Assembly: GCA_046540255.1 (NCBI GenBank)
Contig: JBKHFJ010000010.1
Location: forward strand, 2,928-66,927
Direction of reading: 5' to 3'
DNA: 64,000 bases
From: Methanomassiliicoccales archaeon
Lineage (GTDB): Archaea > Thermoplasmatota > Thermoplasmata > Methanomassiliicoccales > JAAEEP01
Shown: in pieces, positions 28,457 to 37,764 of the stretch
How the letters are laid out: each line of letters opens with the position of its first letter
How positions within the stretch are numbered: the first letter of the stretch is position 1
Translations under genes and position numbers: made by a program
The notes under the pieces: model-generated
What the model was told of the DNA's origin: nothing
Seen by the model: only the letters and a program-made list of their open reading frames with translations
Database searches by the model: none

Positions 28457-29008
28457 CTATCCCCTCTTTATCTTGGGCTTCGCCTTGGTGGACAGGGTCC
28501 CCTCCCTGGTGGTCAGGGCCGCCCTCAGCGCCAGGCCCAGGGCCTTGAACGAGGCCTCCACGATGTGGTGGGCGTCGAACCCCCTCTGCACCAGGATGTG
28601 CAGGGTCAGCCTTGAGGACATGGCCAGGGAGCGGAAGAAGTGGTGGTACATGGGATCGGGGCAGTCGACCTCCACGTACGGCCGGTCGATGACGTCCACG
28701 GCCGCCGTGACCAGGGCGTCGTCCATGGGAACGGTCGCGGACCCGATCCGGTCCACCGGGGTGTCCCCCCTCGCCTGGTCCATCGCCATACCCAGGGCGA
28801 TGGCCACGTCCTCGATCAGGTGGTGATCGTCGTCCCCCGTCCCCCTCGCGGTCAGATCGAAGGACGCGTACTTGGCCAGGCTGTTGAGCATGTGGTTCAG
28901 GAAGTGGTCCTGGAATCCGATCTCCGTCCTTCCCTCACCGTCGATCTCCAGCTCGATCTCGATGTCCGTCTCCTTGGTGGTCCTGGCCACCTTCGCCTCT
29001 CTCATCAT
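28457..29008 (-). CDS. hisB: imidazoleglycerol-phosphate dehydratase
   Basis: [36 protein letters not shown]. Confidence 0.95.
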   Translation of the reverse strand: MMREAKVARTTKETDIEIELEIDGEGRTEIGFQDHFLNHMLNSLAKYASFDLTARGTGDDDHHLIEDVAIALGMAMDQARGDTPVDRIGSATVPMDDALVTAAVDVIDRPYVEVDCPDPMYHHFFRSLAMSSRLTLHILVQRGFDAHHIVEASFKALGLALRAALTTREGTLSTKAKPKIKRG

Positions 29009-29711
29009 AGCGCCCCCAAACATCAACGGCATTGAGCTTACCGGTATAAAGTGATACCCCTAGAACGACCGCCTCCACCCCGAGTCCCTCCAGCGCGTCC
29101 AAATCCTCCAGGCTGGAGATGCCCCCGGAGGCTATGACCGGATGGGGGCACTTGGAGACGAAATCGTCCACGCTCCCGGTGTCGATCCCCTGGGATCGAC
29201 CTTCCACGTCCACGTTGGTGTGCAGGACGGCGGCCAGGGGCAGGGGGGCGATGCGGTCGAACATCTCCTCGAGGGTGATCTCGGAGGACTCCTGCCATCC
29301 CCTGACCTGGATCCTGCCTTCCTTGACGTCCAGGGCCACGATCACCCGTCCAGGGTGGCGGGTGGCCACCCCCTCCAGCCATAGGTGGTCGGAGACGGCC
29401 CTGCTGCCCACGATGACCGAGGCCGCCCCCTCTCCCAGGAGGCGGGAGACGGTCTCCTCGCTGCGGATCCCTCCCCCCACCTGCACCGGGACCTCCACCC
29501 GGTGGATGATGTCCTCCACCGCCTCGGAGTTGCTGCCCCTTCCCATGGCCGCGTCCAGATCGACCACATGGATGCCCGGGGCCCCCTTCTCCTGCCACTC
29601 GAGGGCCATCCTCCCCGGGTCGGGCAGTGACACCCGCTCCGTGCCGGGAACTCCGCCGACCAGCTGGACCACCCGTCCGTCCATGATGTCCACCGCCGGA
29701 AGGACCTTCAC
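28935..29711 (-). CDS. hisA: ProFAR isomerase
   Basis: PAVDIMDGRVVQL, HVVDLDAA, QVGGGIR, IASGGI. Confidence 0.94.
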   Translation of the reverse strand: MKVLPAVDIMDGRVVQLVGGVPGTERVSLPDPGRMALEWQEKGAPGIHVVDLDAAMGRGSNSEAVEDIIHRVEVPVQVGGGIRSEETVSRLLGEGAASVIVGSRAVSDHLWLEGVATRHPGRVIVALDVKEGRIQVRGWQESSEITLEEMFDRIAPLPLAAVLHTNVDVEGRSQGIDTGSVDDFVSKCPHPVIASGGISSLEDLDALEGLGVEAVVLGVSLYTGKLNAVDVWGRYDERGEGGQDHQGDGHRDRAGDRR

Positions 29712-30307
29712 GCCCTCCCCTCCGCGAATTCAACGAAGTTCTTCAGGAACCTCAGGCCGGATTCGCTGCTCTTCTCCGGGTGGAACTGGGTGCCGATGAC
29801 GTTCCCCTTCCTGAAGATGGAGGGGAACCTCACCTGGTACTCGGTCTCACCGATCACCACCTCCTCCTCCGGGAGGCCGTGAAAGGAGTGGGCGAAGTAG
29901 AAGTACCTGGAGTCGATGCCCTGGAAGATGGGGTCCTGACTCTCCACCATGTTCCAGCCCATGTGGGGTACCTTCTCGGTGGCCAGCCTGACCACCCTCC
30001 CCTTGAGGAAGGAGAGCCCGGGGCTGGTGCCCTCCTCGCTACCCTCGAACAGGATGTGGGCCCCGATGCAGATGCCCAGGCAGGGCACGCCCTCCTCCAG
30101 ACGCCGCACTATCCCCTCCCGGTGGGGGAGAAGCCTCTCCATGGTCCTGGAGAAGGCCCCCACCCCCGGCAGGACGATGCACTCCGCCTCCAGTAGGGAG
30201 GACATGTCGGTGGTCACCCGCGGTCGGGCGCCGCACAGTTCCAGCGCCTTCCGGATGGAGTGGAGGTTGCCCACCCCGTAGTCGGCCAGGGCGATGTTCA
30301 GTGCCAC
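29708..30307 (-). CDS. hisH: imidazole glycerol phosphate synthase glutaminase subunit
   Basis: DYGVGNLHS, LPGVGAF, GICIG, PHMGWN, YFAHS, QFHPEKS; GTG start at 30307. Confidence 0.95.
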   Translation of the reverse strand: MALNIALADYGVGNLHSIRKALELCGARPRVTTDMSSLLEAECIVLPGVGAFSRTMERLLPHREGIVRRLEEGVPCLGICIGAHILFEGSEEGTSPGLSFLKGRVVRLATEKVPHMGWNMVESQDPIFQGIDSRYFYFAHSFHGLPEEEVVIGETEYQVRFPSIFRKGNVIGTQFHPEKSSESGLRFLKNFVEFAEGRA

Positions 30308-31347
30308 CGCTCCAGCACCTCCTTCAGGTTCTCCACGAGGGTGCCGTTCAGCTCCTCGGTGCCGATGGTGGTGCGGACGCAGTTCTCCAGCATCCTCCGG
30401 TCCCCGAAGTCCCTGATCAGCACTCCCCGCCTGTCCATGGCCGCGGTCAGCTGGCCCGAGTCGACCGGGCAACGGGCCAGCATGAAGTTTGCCTTCGTGG
30501 GGAACGGGTCGAAGCCCAGCCTCTGCAGGGAGTCGGCCAGTCTGGGCCTCTCCCGGTCGGTGAGGGAGACCACCCTCTCCACGAAGTCCTGGCGCCTCAG
30601 GGCCGCGAGGGCCATCAGCTCGCTGATGCGGTTCAGGGAGTAGGGGATCTTGCTCCGGATCATGATCTCCACCATCTCCGGGGAGGAGGCCAGGTAGCCC
30701 ACCCTCATCCCGGCCATGCCGTAGGCCTTGGAGAAGGTCCTGGTCACGATGAGGTTGGGGTAGTCCTCCACCAGGGGTATGAAGCTCTCCCCGGCGAACT
30801 CCCCGTAGGCCTCGTCCACCACCACTGGGCCGCCCCACTGGTCGATCAGCTCCTCCACGTCCTCACGGCGGAAGGTGTTCCCGGTGGGGTTGTTGGGGGT
30901 GCACAGGATCAGTATCTTGCCCTGGACGGAGAGCAGGGCGTCCGGGTCCAGTTGGAACTCCGGGGTCAGATCCACGTGGGTGAAGTCCCCTCCGTTGATC
31001 CGTACGAAGTAGGGGTGCAGCGAGTAGGTGGGGTAAGGCATCACCGCCGTCTCCCCCCAGTTCAGGAAGGACTTGAAGATGATGTCCAGGATCTCGTCCG
31101 AGCCGTTCCCGGCGATGATGTTCTCCGCCGAGAGGCCGTAGAATTCACCCAGGGCCTCCCGCAGCTCGTCCGAGTACGGTCGGGGGTACTGGTTCACGTC
31201 CAGATCCAGGCACTCCTCCATCACCTCCCTGGCCGCGGGGTTCGGTCCCAGGACGTTGGTGGAGGTGTCCATCCTCACCTTTCCCCTGATCTCGGGGTTG
31301 TAGTACCTCTCTATGCCTTCCAGGGTGCTCCTCATCCATTCCTCCAT
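30298..31347 (-). CDS. hisC: histidinol-phosphate aminotransferase
   Basis: GNGSDE, PNNPTG, DEAY.EF, RTFSKAYGMAGMRVGY. Confidence 0.95.
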   Translation of the reverse strand: MEEWMRSTLEGIERYYNPEIRGKVRMDTSTNVLGPNPAAREVMEECLDLDVNQYPRPYSDELREALGEFYGLSAENIIAGNGSDEILDIIFKSFLNWGETAVMPYPTYSLHPYFVRINGGDFTHVDLTPEFQLDPDALLSVQGKILILCTPNNPTGNTFRREDVEELIDQWGGPVVVDEAYGEFAGESFIPLVEDYPNLIVTRTFSKAYGMAGMRVGYLASSPEMVEIMIRSKIPYSLNRISELMALAALRRQDFVERVVSLTDRERPRLADSLQRLGFDPFPTKANFMLARCPVDSGQLTAAMDRRGVLIRDFGDRRMLENCVRTTIGTEELNGTLVENLKEVLERWH

Positions 31348-31357
31348 TCCATTCCCC

Positions 31358-32248
31358 CTACGGTACCATGCGGTCGATGGGCATGATCAGTATTCCCGAG
31401 GCGCCCAGCCGCTTCAGCCGGGTGACCGACTCGTACACCTTGTCCTTGTCCACCACCACGTGGACGGCGACGCAGTCCTCCCGACCCATGATGTTCATTA
31501 CGGTGGGGCCGGCTATCCCGGGAAGGAAGGAGCGCACCTCGTCCAGCGCGGCCGTGGGCACGTCGGCCATGAGGTACTTCTTCCCCTCGGCATCGGTCAC
31601 GCTCTGGATGGCCTCGGTGAGCTCGTGGATCTCCTCGGCCTTATCCCTCATGCTCTCCCTGTTCGCCACCACCACTGCCCAGGACTCGAATATGGTGGCG
31701 ATCTCCCTCAACCGGTTTGTCTTCAGGGTGGAGCCGCTGCTCACCAGGTCCACGATCACATCGGCCACCCCGATCCTAGGGGTCACCTCGGCCGCCCCGG
31801 AGACCTCGGCGATTTCCACCTCCTTCCCCCTGGAACGGAAGAACTCCTTGGTGGCCGATGGGAAGGAGGTGGCCACCACCATCCCCTCGGTGACGTCCTC
31901 CGGGGACTCGATGCCCGATCCCTCGGGGGCGGCCACCGCCAGACGGCAGTAACCGTAGTTCATGGTCAGGGGTACCTCCAGATCCAAACCGGACTCGATG
32001 ACCAGGTCCTTCCCGGTGATGCCCACGTCCACCGCGCCGCTGTGCACGAACTTGACGATGTCCTGCGCCCGGAGGAACATCACCTCGAAGTCCATGTTCT
32101 TGACCTGGGCGTAGAGCTTCCGCCCGTCGGCGTTCTCGATGTCAAGGCCCGCCCTTTGCAGGATCTCCACGGACCTGTCGCTCAGCCTTCCCTTATTCGG
32201 CACGGCCAGTCTCAGAGTCATGGGCTCACCGGTCTCGACCTCTGCCAC
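31358..32248 (-). CDS. hisG: ATP phosphoribosyltransferase, long form (start may be 32221)
   Basis: AVPNKGRL, RAQDI, GITGKD, SGAAE, DLVSSGSTL; C-terminal regulatory domain. Confidence 0.96.
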   Translation of the reverse strand: MAEVETGEPMTLRLAVPNKGRLSDRSVEILQRAGLDIENADGRKLYAQVKNMDFEVMFLRAQDIVKFVHSGAVDVGITGKDLVIESGLDLEVPLTMNYGYCRLAVAAPEGSGIESPEDVTEGMVVATSFPSATKEFFRSRGKEVEIAEVSGAAEVTPRIGVADVIVDLVSSGSTLKTNRLREIATIFESWAVVVANRESMRDKAEEIHELTEAIQSVTDAEGKKYLMADVPTAALDEVRSFLPGIAGPTVMNIMGREDCVAVHVVVDKDKVYESVTRLKRLGASGILIMPIDRMVP

Positions 32249-32611
32249 TAACTGCGAATCCGTACTTATAAATATCTAGAGAGGCCAGCTCTCCCGTAGG
32301 AAGCTCTCGGCCAGACGATGCCGAACGGTTAACGGTCCTGCGGAAGACCCGTGGTCTATTCAGTCGAGGGGAGATCGGGAAAGGGGGCTTGACATCCCCC
32401 GTCCGATGAGCAGGAACCAGGCCGATGTCGTGATCGCCGGGACGGCCACGGTAGTCATTCTCGGAGATCAGTCCTGGGGTCCGGATGGAGGTACGCGCCC
32501 CTGCCCACCGGATCGATCCCTGAGATCGTGTTCACGGCCAACAGGCAATGAACCACCGAGTAGGGCGGAAGGAAACCTTTTTTATCGATATGGTCATGGA
32601 ATCCCGATCGG

Positions 32612-33676
32612 ATGAGGTACTGTCCCAGGTGCGGAACCCCCAACCAGGATCGGAACGTCTACTGCTTCCACTGCGGGGCCGATCTCCAGCGGCCGCAGGG
32701 ACAGATTTCTCCAAGAATCGGACTGAAGGGGTCCACCAAGGCGGTCTTGGCGGGGATCGTGGCCGCCATGTTGATCGTCCCGGTCCTCATCTTCCTGTTC
32801 ATCGGTCTGCCGGCACAGGTGAACCCTCCCACTCTCATCTTCCCTTCCACGGGAGAGACCGTGGAGATCGGAACCGTCGATTTCAACTGGACCGATGTGA
32901 GCGACTCCGATCTGTACGAGGTCACCGTTCAGAGCACCCGGGGGGAGCGCACCCCGGTCCTGGGCGAGACGGTGGAGGAGAGTTGGCTGGACGCTTCCTT
33001 GCAGGAAGGGATATACGAGTGGATGGTAAGGGTCCGGGTGGACGGGGAGTGGAGCGATTGGAGCGACCCCTGGGTCTTCTTCGTGGGGAACGAGACGATC
33101 AACCGACAATTCGAGTGGGATTACCAAGGCGTGACTTGGCACTGGGACATGATGATCCCCAGCGATCAGTACGCCGAGTACTACAGCCGGGATCGCACCT
33201 CCGACTTCACCGCCTACATGACCGAGGACAACGACTACGTCGAATCGCTGGCCCGGGAGCTGGTGAACACAGCGGAGGAGAAGGAATGGAGTGACCGTGA
33301 GCTGGTCAGCTTCACCCTGAGCTTCGTGCAGGGTCTGAAGTACACCTCGGACAGCGTGACCACCGGCTATGATGAGTACCCCAGGTACCCCATAGAGACG
33401 CTGGTGGACGAGGGAGGGGACTGTGAGGACACCTCCATCCTGTTCGCCACTTTGCTCCAGGCCGAGCCCATCGGGGTGGATGCACTTCTCCTCCTCCTTC
33501 CCTCGGACAGGCCGGAGCACATGGCGGTAGGGGTGGCCTGCGATCAGCCCTTCTCGGCCAACTACGAGTTCGATGGCACCGCTTACTGCTACTGCGAGAC
33601 CACCCAGCCGGGCTGGGAGGTGGGGGAGATACCTCATATCTACGAGGGCGAGGAGGCACGGATACTGGATATCTGA
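32612..33676 (+). CDS. membrane-anchored zinc-ribbon / transglutaminase-like protein
   Basis: N-terminal CPRCG..CFHCG, TM helix, beta-rich domain, YPIETL..GGDCED..IL, HMAVGV, YCETT. Confidence 0.78.
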   Translation: MRYCPRCGTPNQDRNVYCFHCGADLQRPQGQISPRIGLKGSTKAVLAGIVAAMLIVPVLIFLFIGLPAQVNPPTLIFPSTGETVEIGTVDFNWTDVSDSDLYEVTVQSTRGERTPVLGETVEESWLDASLQEGIYEWMVRVRVDGEWSDWSDPWVFFVGNETINRQFEWDYQGVTWHWDMMIPSDQYAEYYSRDRTSDFTAYMTEDNDYVESLARELVNTAEEKEWSDRELVSFTLSFVQGLKYTSDSVTTGYDEYPRYPIETLVDEGGDCEDTSILFATLLQAEPIGVDALLLLLPSDRPEHMAVGVACDQPFSANYEFDGTAYCYCETTQPGWEVGEIPHIYEGEEARILDI

Positions 33677-33712
33677 ACAAAGCACTTATCCTTCCTCGGG
33701 CCTCTACCCACC

Positions 33713-34201
33713 ATGCCCGACCTGATCTACAGGGAGAGGATATTCGCCAGGTGGCTGGGGGCCCTCACCGGCGGCCTTTCCCTCCTCTTCCTGTCCCTGT
33801 TCGCCTACCAGGCCCTGATCGGACCGCTGGGGGAACCGGCACCGCCCAACCTCATCTTCCTGGGCATGTTCCTGATCTTCCTTTTCCTCACCCTGAACTT
33901 CTCGGCGCTGGTGGTCAGCATGACCACCGACTTCCTGCGGGTGCGGTTTGGACTCGTCCGGAGGAAGTACCGGTGGGCGGAGATCGAGGGTGCCTACAAG
34001 GAGGGTGCCACCGCCGTGGTGTACGGGGGCTACGGCATAAGGTTCGGATGGACCAAGGGACGATCGAGGGTGGCGTACATCCTCTCATTGGTCCCCAGGG
34101 TGTTCGTTCCGATCCGGGACGGGAGATTCGACGAGCTGGTGTTTTCTACGCGTGACCCGGGCAGGGTGATCGAGCTGGTCCATCACCAGATCGGTGGATG
34201 A
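33713..34201 (+). CDS. hypothetical membrane protein (2 TM plus PH-like domain)
   Basis: Two hydrophobic segments, GGYGIR, VFST.DP. Confidence 0.7.
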   Translation: MPDLIYRERIFARWLGALTGGLSLLFLSLFAYQALIGPLGEPAPPNLIFLGMFLIFLFLTLNFSALVVSMTTDFLRVRFGLVRRKYRWAEIEGAYKEGATAVVYGGYGIRFGWTKGRSRVAYILSLVPRVFVPIRDGRFDELVFSTRDPGRVIELVHHQIGG

Positions 34202-34342
34202 TCTGGCACACCGATCAGACCCAGGGTGGAGGAGACCGGAATATCAGGGGACCGTTGAGATCCTGGTCGCCGACCGCCCATTACATTCGCTAGAAAATTT
34301 TAATAACTATGAAGGACAATCGTATCATTATCGGAGGAGATA

Positions 34343-34714
34343 ATGGAACTGTTCTTGCTTACCGTCCTCGCCCTCGGGCTGCTCCTGGCCCTGATGTCCC
34401 TGTTATGCCGGGTGCTGTTCGGCACGGGCTTCATCAAGGCCTACCGTCGGGATTACATGGAGGCGAACCGGGACGTCAGGTTCGAGCTCGCCGCGGTCCT
34501 GGCCCTGATGGTGGTGGCCTCCCTCCTCTTCATCAGTGTCTTCAACGTGGGCTTCTACGCCGCCTCCTCCCTGGCCCTGATGGTGGCGACCCTGATCGTA
34601 CACATCACGGTGATCGTGGGTGCCATCAACATGGCCATCAAGGGGCTCTGGACAGAGGGATCCAGGGAAGCGGAGAAGGTGTCCTACTCGGAGTCCAGTG
34701 TCAACGGCAGATAG
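34343..34714 (+). CDS. hypothetical membrane protein (3 TM)
   Basis: GGAG SD before the ATG, TTTAATAA upstream, three hydrophobic segments. Confidence 0.7.
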   Translation: MELFLLTVLALGLLLALMSLLCRVLFGTGFIKAYRRDYMEANRDVRFELAAVLALMVVASLLFISVFNVGFYAASSLALMVATLIVHITVIVGAINMAIKGLWTEGSREAEKVSYSESSVNGR

Positions 34715-34774
34715 GCCTGTCAAGATCTGCCGCCATCTATTTGTGCGGCGGGCCCATGTCCCCCTGGGATTAGG

Positions 34775-35323
34775 ATGAGTTTTGAGGAGCCCACCCTGAT
34801 CGAGAGGTCCTTGGAACCCCTGGGCTATCACCTGCTTCACTTCCACCATCGGAACTTCGTGGACCGTCTCGGCCTCGTGGGTGACGAGAGGGTACTGGAC
34901 TTCGGTTGCGGGGGCGGGGCCAGTGCAAGGCATATCGTGAAGAGGTTGACCGACGGACACCTCACCTGCCTGGACATCTCGGAGTTCTGGTTGGACAGGG
35001 CGAGGAGAAGGGTGGGGGATGACCGTGTGGACTACCATCTCGGGAGGGTCGATGACCTGGATTCCTCCTTCGACGCCGTGTTGATCCACTACGTCATCCA
35101 CGACATCCCCGATGGCGAGCGGGAGGGAACTGTCAGCTCCCTGGTGGAGAGGATGGACGTTGGCGCCCGTCTTCTCGTACAGGAGCCGACAAAGGAGGGC
35201 CACGGCATGCCCCCGGAGGAGCTGGACGGGCTCATGGGATCGGCCGGCCTGAGGAAGACGGAGTCCTCCCGGCGGCGATCCACCTACACGGCCGTCTACC
35301 ACAAGGTCGACACCGCACCCTGA
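34775..35323 (+). CDS. class I SAM-dependent methyltransferase
   Basis: VLDFGCGGG, CLDIS, FDAV..HYVIH. Confidence 0.87.
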   Translation: MSFEEPTLIERSLEPLGYHLLHFHHRNFVDRLGLVGDERVLDFGCGGGASARHIVKRLTDGHLTCLDISEFWLDRARRRVGDDRVDYHLGRVDDLDSSFDAVLIHYVIHDIPDGEREGTVSSLVERMDVGARLLVQEPTKEGHGMPPEELDGLMGSAGLRKTESSRRRSTYTAVYHKVDTAP

Positions 35324-35377
35324 CCATTCCGGTGGTCCTCCCCATCCGCGGCCACGGCGTTCTGCGCGCCTTTACCA

Positions 35378-35451
35378 TCGAACGGGGATCCAAGGGATCC
35401 TGTAGAGGACGGAACAGTTCCTGGAGGGAGGGATGCCCGCTCCCCGTTCGA
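35378..35451. repeat. structured intergenic element closed by an 11-bp inverted repeat
   Basis: TCGAACGGGGA...TCCCCGTTCGA with internal pairings, between convergent genes. Confidence 0.5.
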
Positions 35452-35461
35452 GGGGCATGCT

Positions 35462-36199
35462 CTACTCCAGATCGGGGAAGAGCCGGGTGGTGATCCGGTC
35501 CTCCACCTCGCTCATCCGGATAAGTTTGGGCAGTTCACCCTTCATCCCCATGTGCTCCCCAGCCACCGCCAGGGCGCCCTCCACCCCCTCGATGTCCATC
35601 ACCAGGCCCAGGGCCCTCTCCATCCCCGCCTCGTCCTCCAAGGTGATCTCGTTCCCCAGGCGGGTGGCGCACGCATCCGCCAGGAGGACGTCACGGCTGA
35701 TCACGGTGGCCGAGTCCGCCCTCCCGAAGGAGAGGGAGGGCCCCACCGTCCCGGAGGAGGTGCACATCCCGAACGCCCCCTCCCTGGGCTCCAGGCGCAT
35801 CCCCAGGTCCTTGAACCGGGGATTGCCGGTGTACAGCCCCACGTGGATGCGGTCGGAGAGCAGGAGGGCCAGGTCCCCCCCGTTGTCCACCACCGCCTGG
35901 GTGGCGCCCTCCTCCATCATGGCCACCACCGCCGCCTCCGCGATGGTCCCGGCCACGGTGGCCATGGGGCCCAGTCCGGCCCTGGAGGCGGTGGAGCACA
36001 TCCTCCTGATCAGGTGAGGCGCCCTCGCCCCGGGCTCGTAGGGCTCAAGAGCGGTCTGGAACATGGGGTGTTGGTGGACGTACTCCTCGATGATCTCCCT
36101 GGTCTCGAAGATGGCCTCCTGGGCCGCCCGGTGGTACCTCTCCTCGGCCAGGATGGTCACCGCGGTCTGGGCCACCTCGAAGTGTATTCTGTTCACCAT
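35462..36199 (-). CDS. UPF0280 / COG2122 ApbE-like protein (sulfide assimilation)
   Basis: GPMATVAG, DNGGD, CTSSGTVGPSLSFG.AD, ADA.AT..GN; start adjusted to 36199. Confidence 0.9.
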   Translation of the reverse strand: MVNRIHFEVAQTAVTILAEERYHRAAQEAIFETREIIEEYVHQHPMFQTALEPYEPGARAPHLIRRMCSTASRAGLGPMATVAGTIAEAAVVAMMEEGATQAVVDNGGDLALLLSDRIHVGLYTGNPRFKDLGMRLEPREGAFGMCTSSGTVGPSLSFGRADSATVISRDVLLADACATRLGNEITLEDEAGMERALGLVMDIEGVEGALAVAGEHMGMKGELPKLIRMSEVEDRITTRLFPDLE

Positions 36200-36597
36200 A
36201 TCTTCAGCTTCATGGCCTGGGGCGGGCAGACGTCGATGCACAGCCCGCAGGCGATGCACCTTTCCGTCTTGAACTCCACCCGGTGGTCCTCCCCCACCTG
36301 GAACGCTTCCGCCGGGCAGATGGAGACGCAGGCCCCGCAGTGGGTGCAACGCTCCTCGTCCTTGGAGACGTACTCGTTCAGCTCCTTGACCTCGACGCCG
36401 CTCTCCTCCAGGTACTTGACGCCCTTCTTGATCATGGAGGGTTGCCCCTCGATCTCTATGACCAGCCTGCCGCCGCGCTCCCCCACCTCGGCCCGGAGGA
36501 TGTTCAGTAGGAGGTCGTAGTTCTTCACCATGCGGAAGGTGATGGGCTCGTTGGCGATCCCGGGGGAGAAGCTGAGCAGGAACTTCCCCTTGGTCAT
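36193..36597 (-). CDS. NIL domain plus 2x[4Fe-4S] ferredoxin (iron-sulfur partner of aspartate semialdehyde sulfurtransferase)
   Basis: NILRA motif, CTHCGACVSICP, CIACGLCIDVCP; start adjusted to 36597. Confidence 0.9.
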   Translation of the reverse strand: MTKGKFLLSFSPGIANEPITFRMVKNYDLLLNILRAEVGERGGRLVIEIEGQPSMIKKGVKYLEESGVEVKELNEYVSKDEERCTHCGACVSICPAEAFQVGEDHRVEFKTERCIACGLCIDVCPPQAMKLKIW

Positions 36598-37760
36598 ATC
36601 CCCACCTCCTCCTTGGAATGGATGTCCAGCGCGTTGTTGGATCTCTCCTGGGACAAAGACTCGACCGGCTGGGTGACCTGGAAGTCCCCCTCCTCGATCC
36701 AGCCCTTCAGGGTATCGGCGATCTGCCTGGCCTTGAAGTAGCTGGACAGCGAGGAGGTCTTCACCTCCTTGCCGAACAGCTCGAAGCTCCCGCTCCTCAG
36801 TTCGGAGTAGGGAACCTCCTTGAGCACCTTCCGGTTCCTGGATCCCACCGAGTAGTCCAGCACCGGGGCGAGGATCTGGTCGTCGGTGATGCTCACCCTC
36901 CTGACCATGTCCTCGTCCAGGACGGGGATGGGCACTCCCACCCCGATGGCCATGGAGATGCCGTACCCGGTGAACCTGAGGGCCCGCAGGAACTCCTTGG
37001 ACATGCCCCTCAGGTCCCCGGTCACGGCGAGGGACCTGGAGGGTCGGGTGGGGACGCCGTTGTGCAGGGGTGCATCGGTGGAGTACTGGGTGCCCTCCCA
37101 GGAGACGTAGCCCTCCCCCCCGCAGAGGAAGATCCTGGTGCCGATCCCGATGGTCCGGCAGTCGGGGTCGTTCATCAGGGGGGAGAGGGTGCCGGCGGAG
37201 GAGAAGGTGGCGTTCCCGTAGTTGGGCAGCAGCTTCCCCATGTAGGTGAACAGGCTGTTCTCGGTGGAATTGGTGGCCACCGCGTAGTTCTGGTAGGCGT
37301 TCCGCGGATTGTACATGTAGGCCTGGTTGATGCTGTCCAGGGTGATGGAGGTCTCGATCTCCTTCCGGGGATAGCAGTCGGTGCCCTGGGACTCCGCCCG
37401 CAGCTCCACCGCCTCCCCGGAGACGAGCTCCTCGATGACGTTGGCCCCTCCGTAATCGAGGTCGTCCTCCTCCCGGACCTGGGTGACGCCCAGGTAGGCG
37501 TCGACGGAGGCGAGGCCCGTGTACGCAGGCACGCCGTTCATCCACACCCTCTGCATCTTGATGGGGGGTTCCGAGTGGCCGAAGTTGAAGAAGGCCCCGG
37601 AGGAGCACATGGCCCCGAAGGTACCGGTGGTCACCACGTCCACCTCCCTCGCGGCCTTCTCCGTGCCCTCGCTCTCGACGACGTCGACCACCTCCTCCGC
37701 GGTCAGCACCACCGCGTCGCCGTTCCTTATCCTCTCGTTGATCTCCTGGTAGCTCTTCAT
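36594..37760 (-). CDS. DUF39 homocysteine biosynthesis enzyme (L-aspartate semialdehyde sulfurtransferase), lacking CBS domains
   Basis: EINERI..G.AVVLTAEE, DVVTTGTFG.MCSSGA, YGG, TDCYPR, NPRNAYQNY, TIGIGTRIFL. Confidence 0.92.
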   Translation of the reverse strand: MKSYQEINERIRNGDAVVLTAEEVVDVVESEGTEKAAREVDVVTTGTFGAMCSSGAFFNFGHSEPPIKMQRVWMNGVPAYTGLASVDAYLGVTQVREEDDLDYGGANVIEELVSGEAVELRAESQGTDCYPRKEIETSITLDSINQAYMYNPRNAYQNYAVATNSTENSLFTYMGKLLPNYGNATFSSAGTLSPLMNDPDCRTIGIGTRIFLCGGEGYVSWEGTQYSTDAPLHNGVPTRPSRSLAVTGDLRGMSKEFLRALRFTGYGISMAIGVGVPIPVLDEDMVRRVSITDDQILAPVLDYSVGSRNRKVLKEVPYSELRSGSFELFGKEVKTSSLSSYFKARQIADTLKGWIEEGDFQVTQPVESLSQERSNNALDIHSKEEVGI

Positions 37761-37764
37761 CGAC

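Noticed and set aside
32279-32570. SRP RNA or RNase P RNA (length fits)
   Set aside because: No SRP helix-8 pattern (CAGG..GGAA..AGCA) and no RNase P GAGGAAAGUCC on either strand.
35431-35460. tRNA gene suggested by GTTCGA
   Set aside because: No proper cloverleaf, anticodon arm or acceptor stem; kept only as a structured element.
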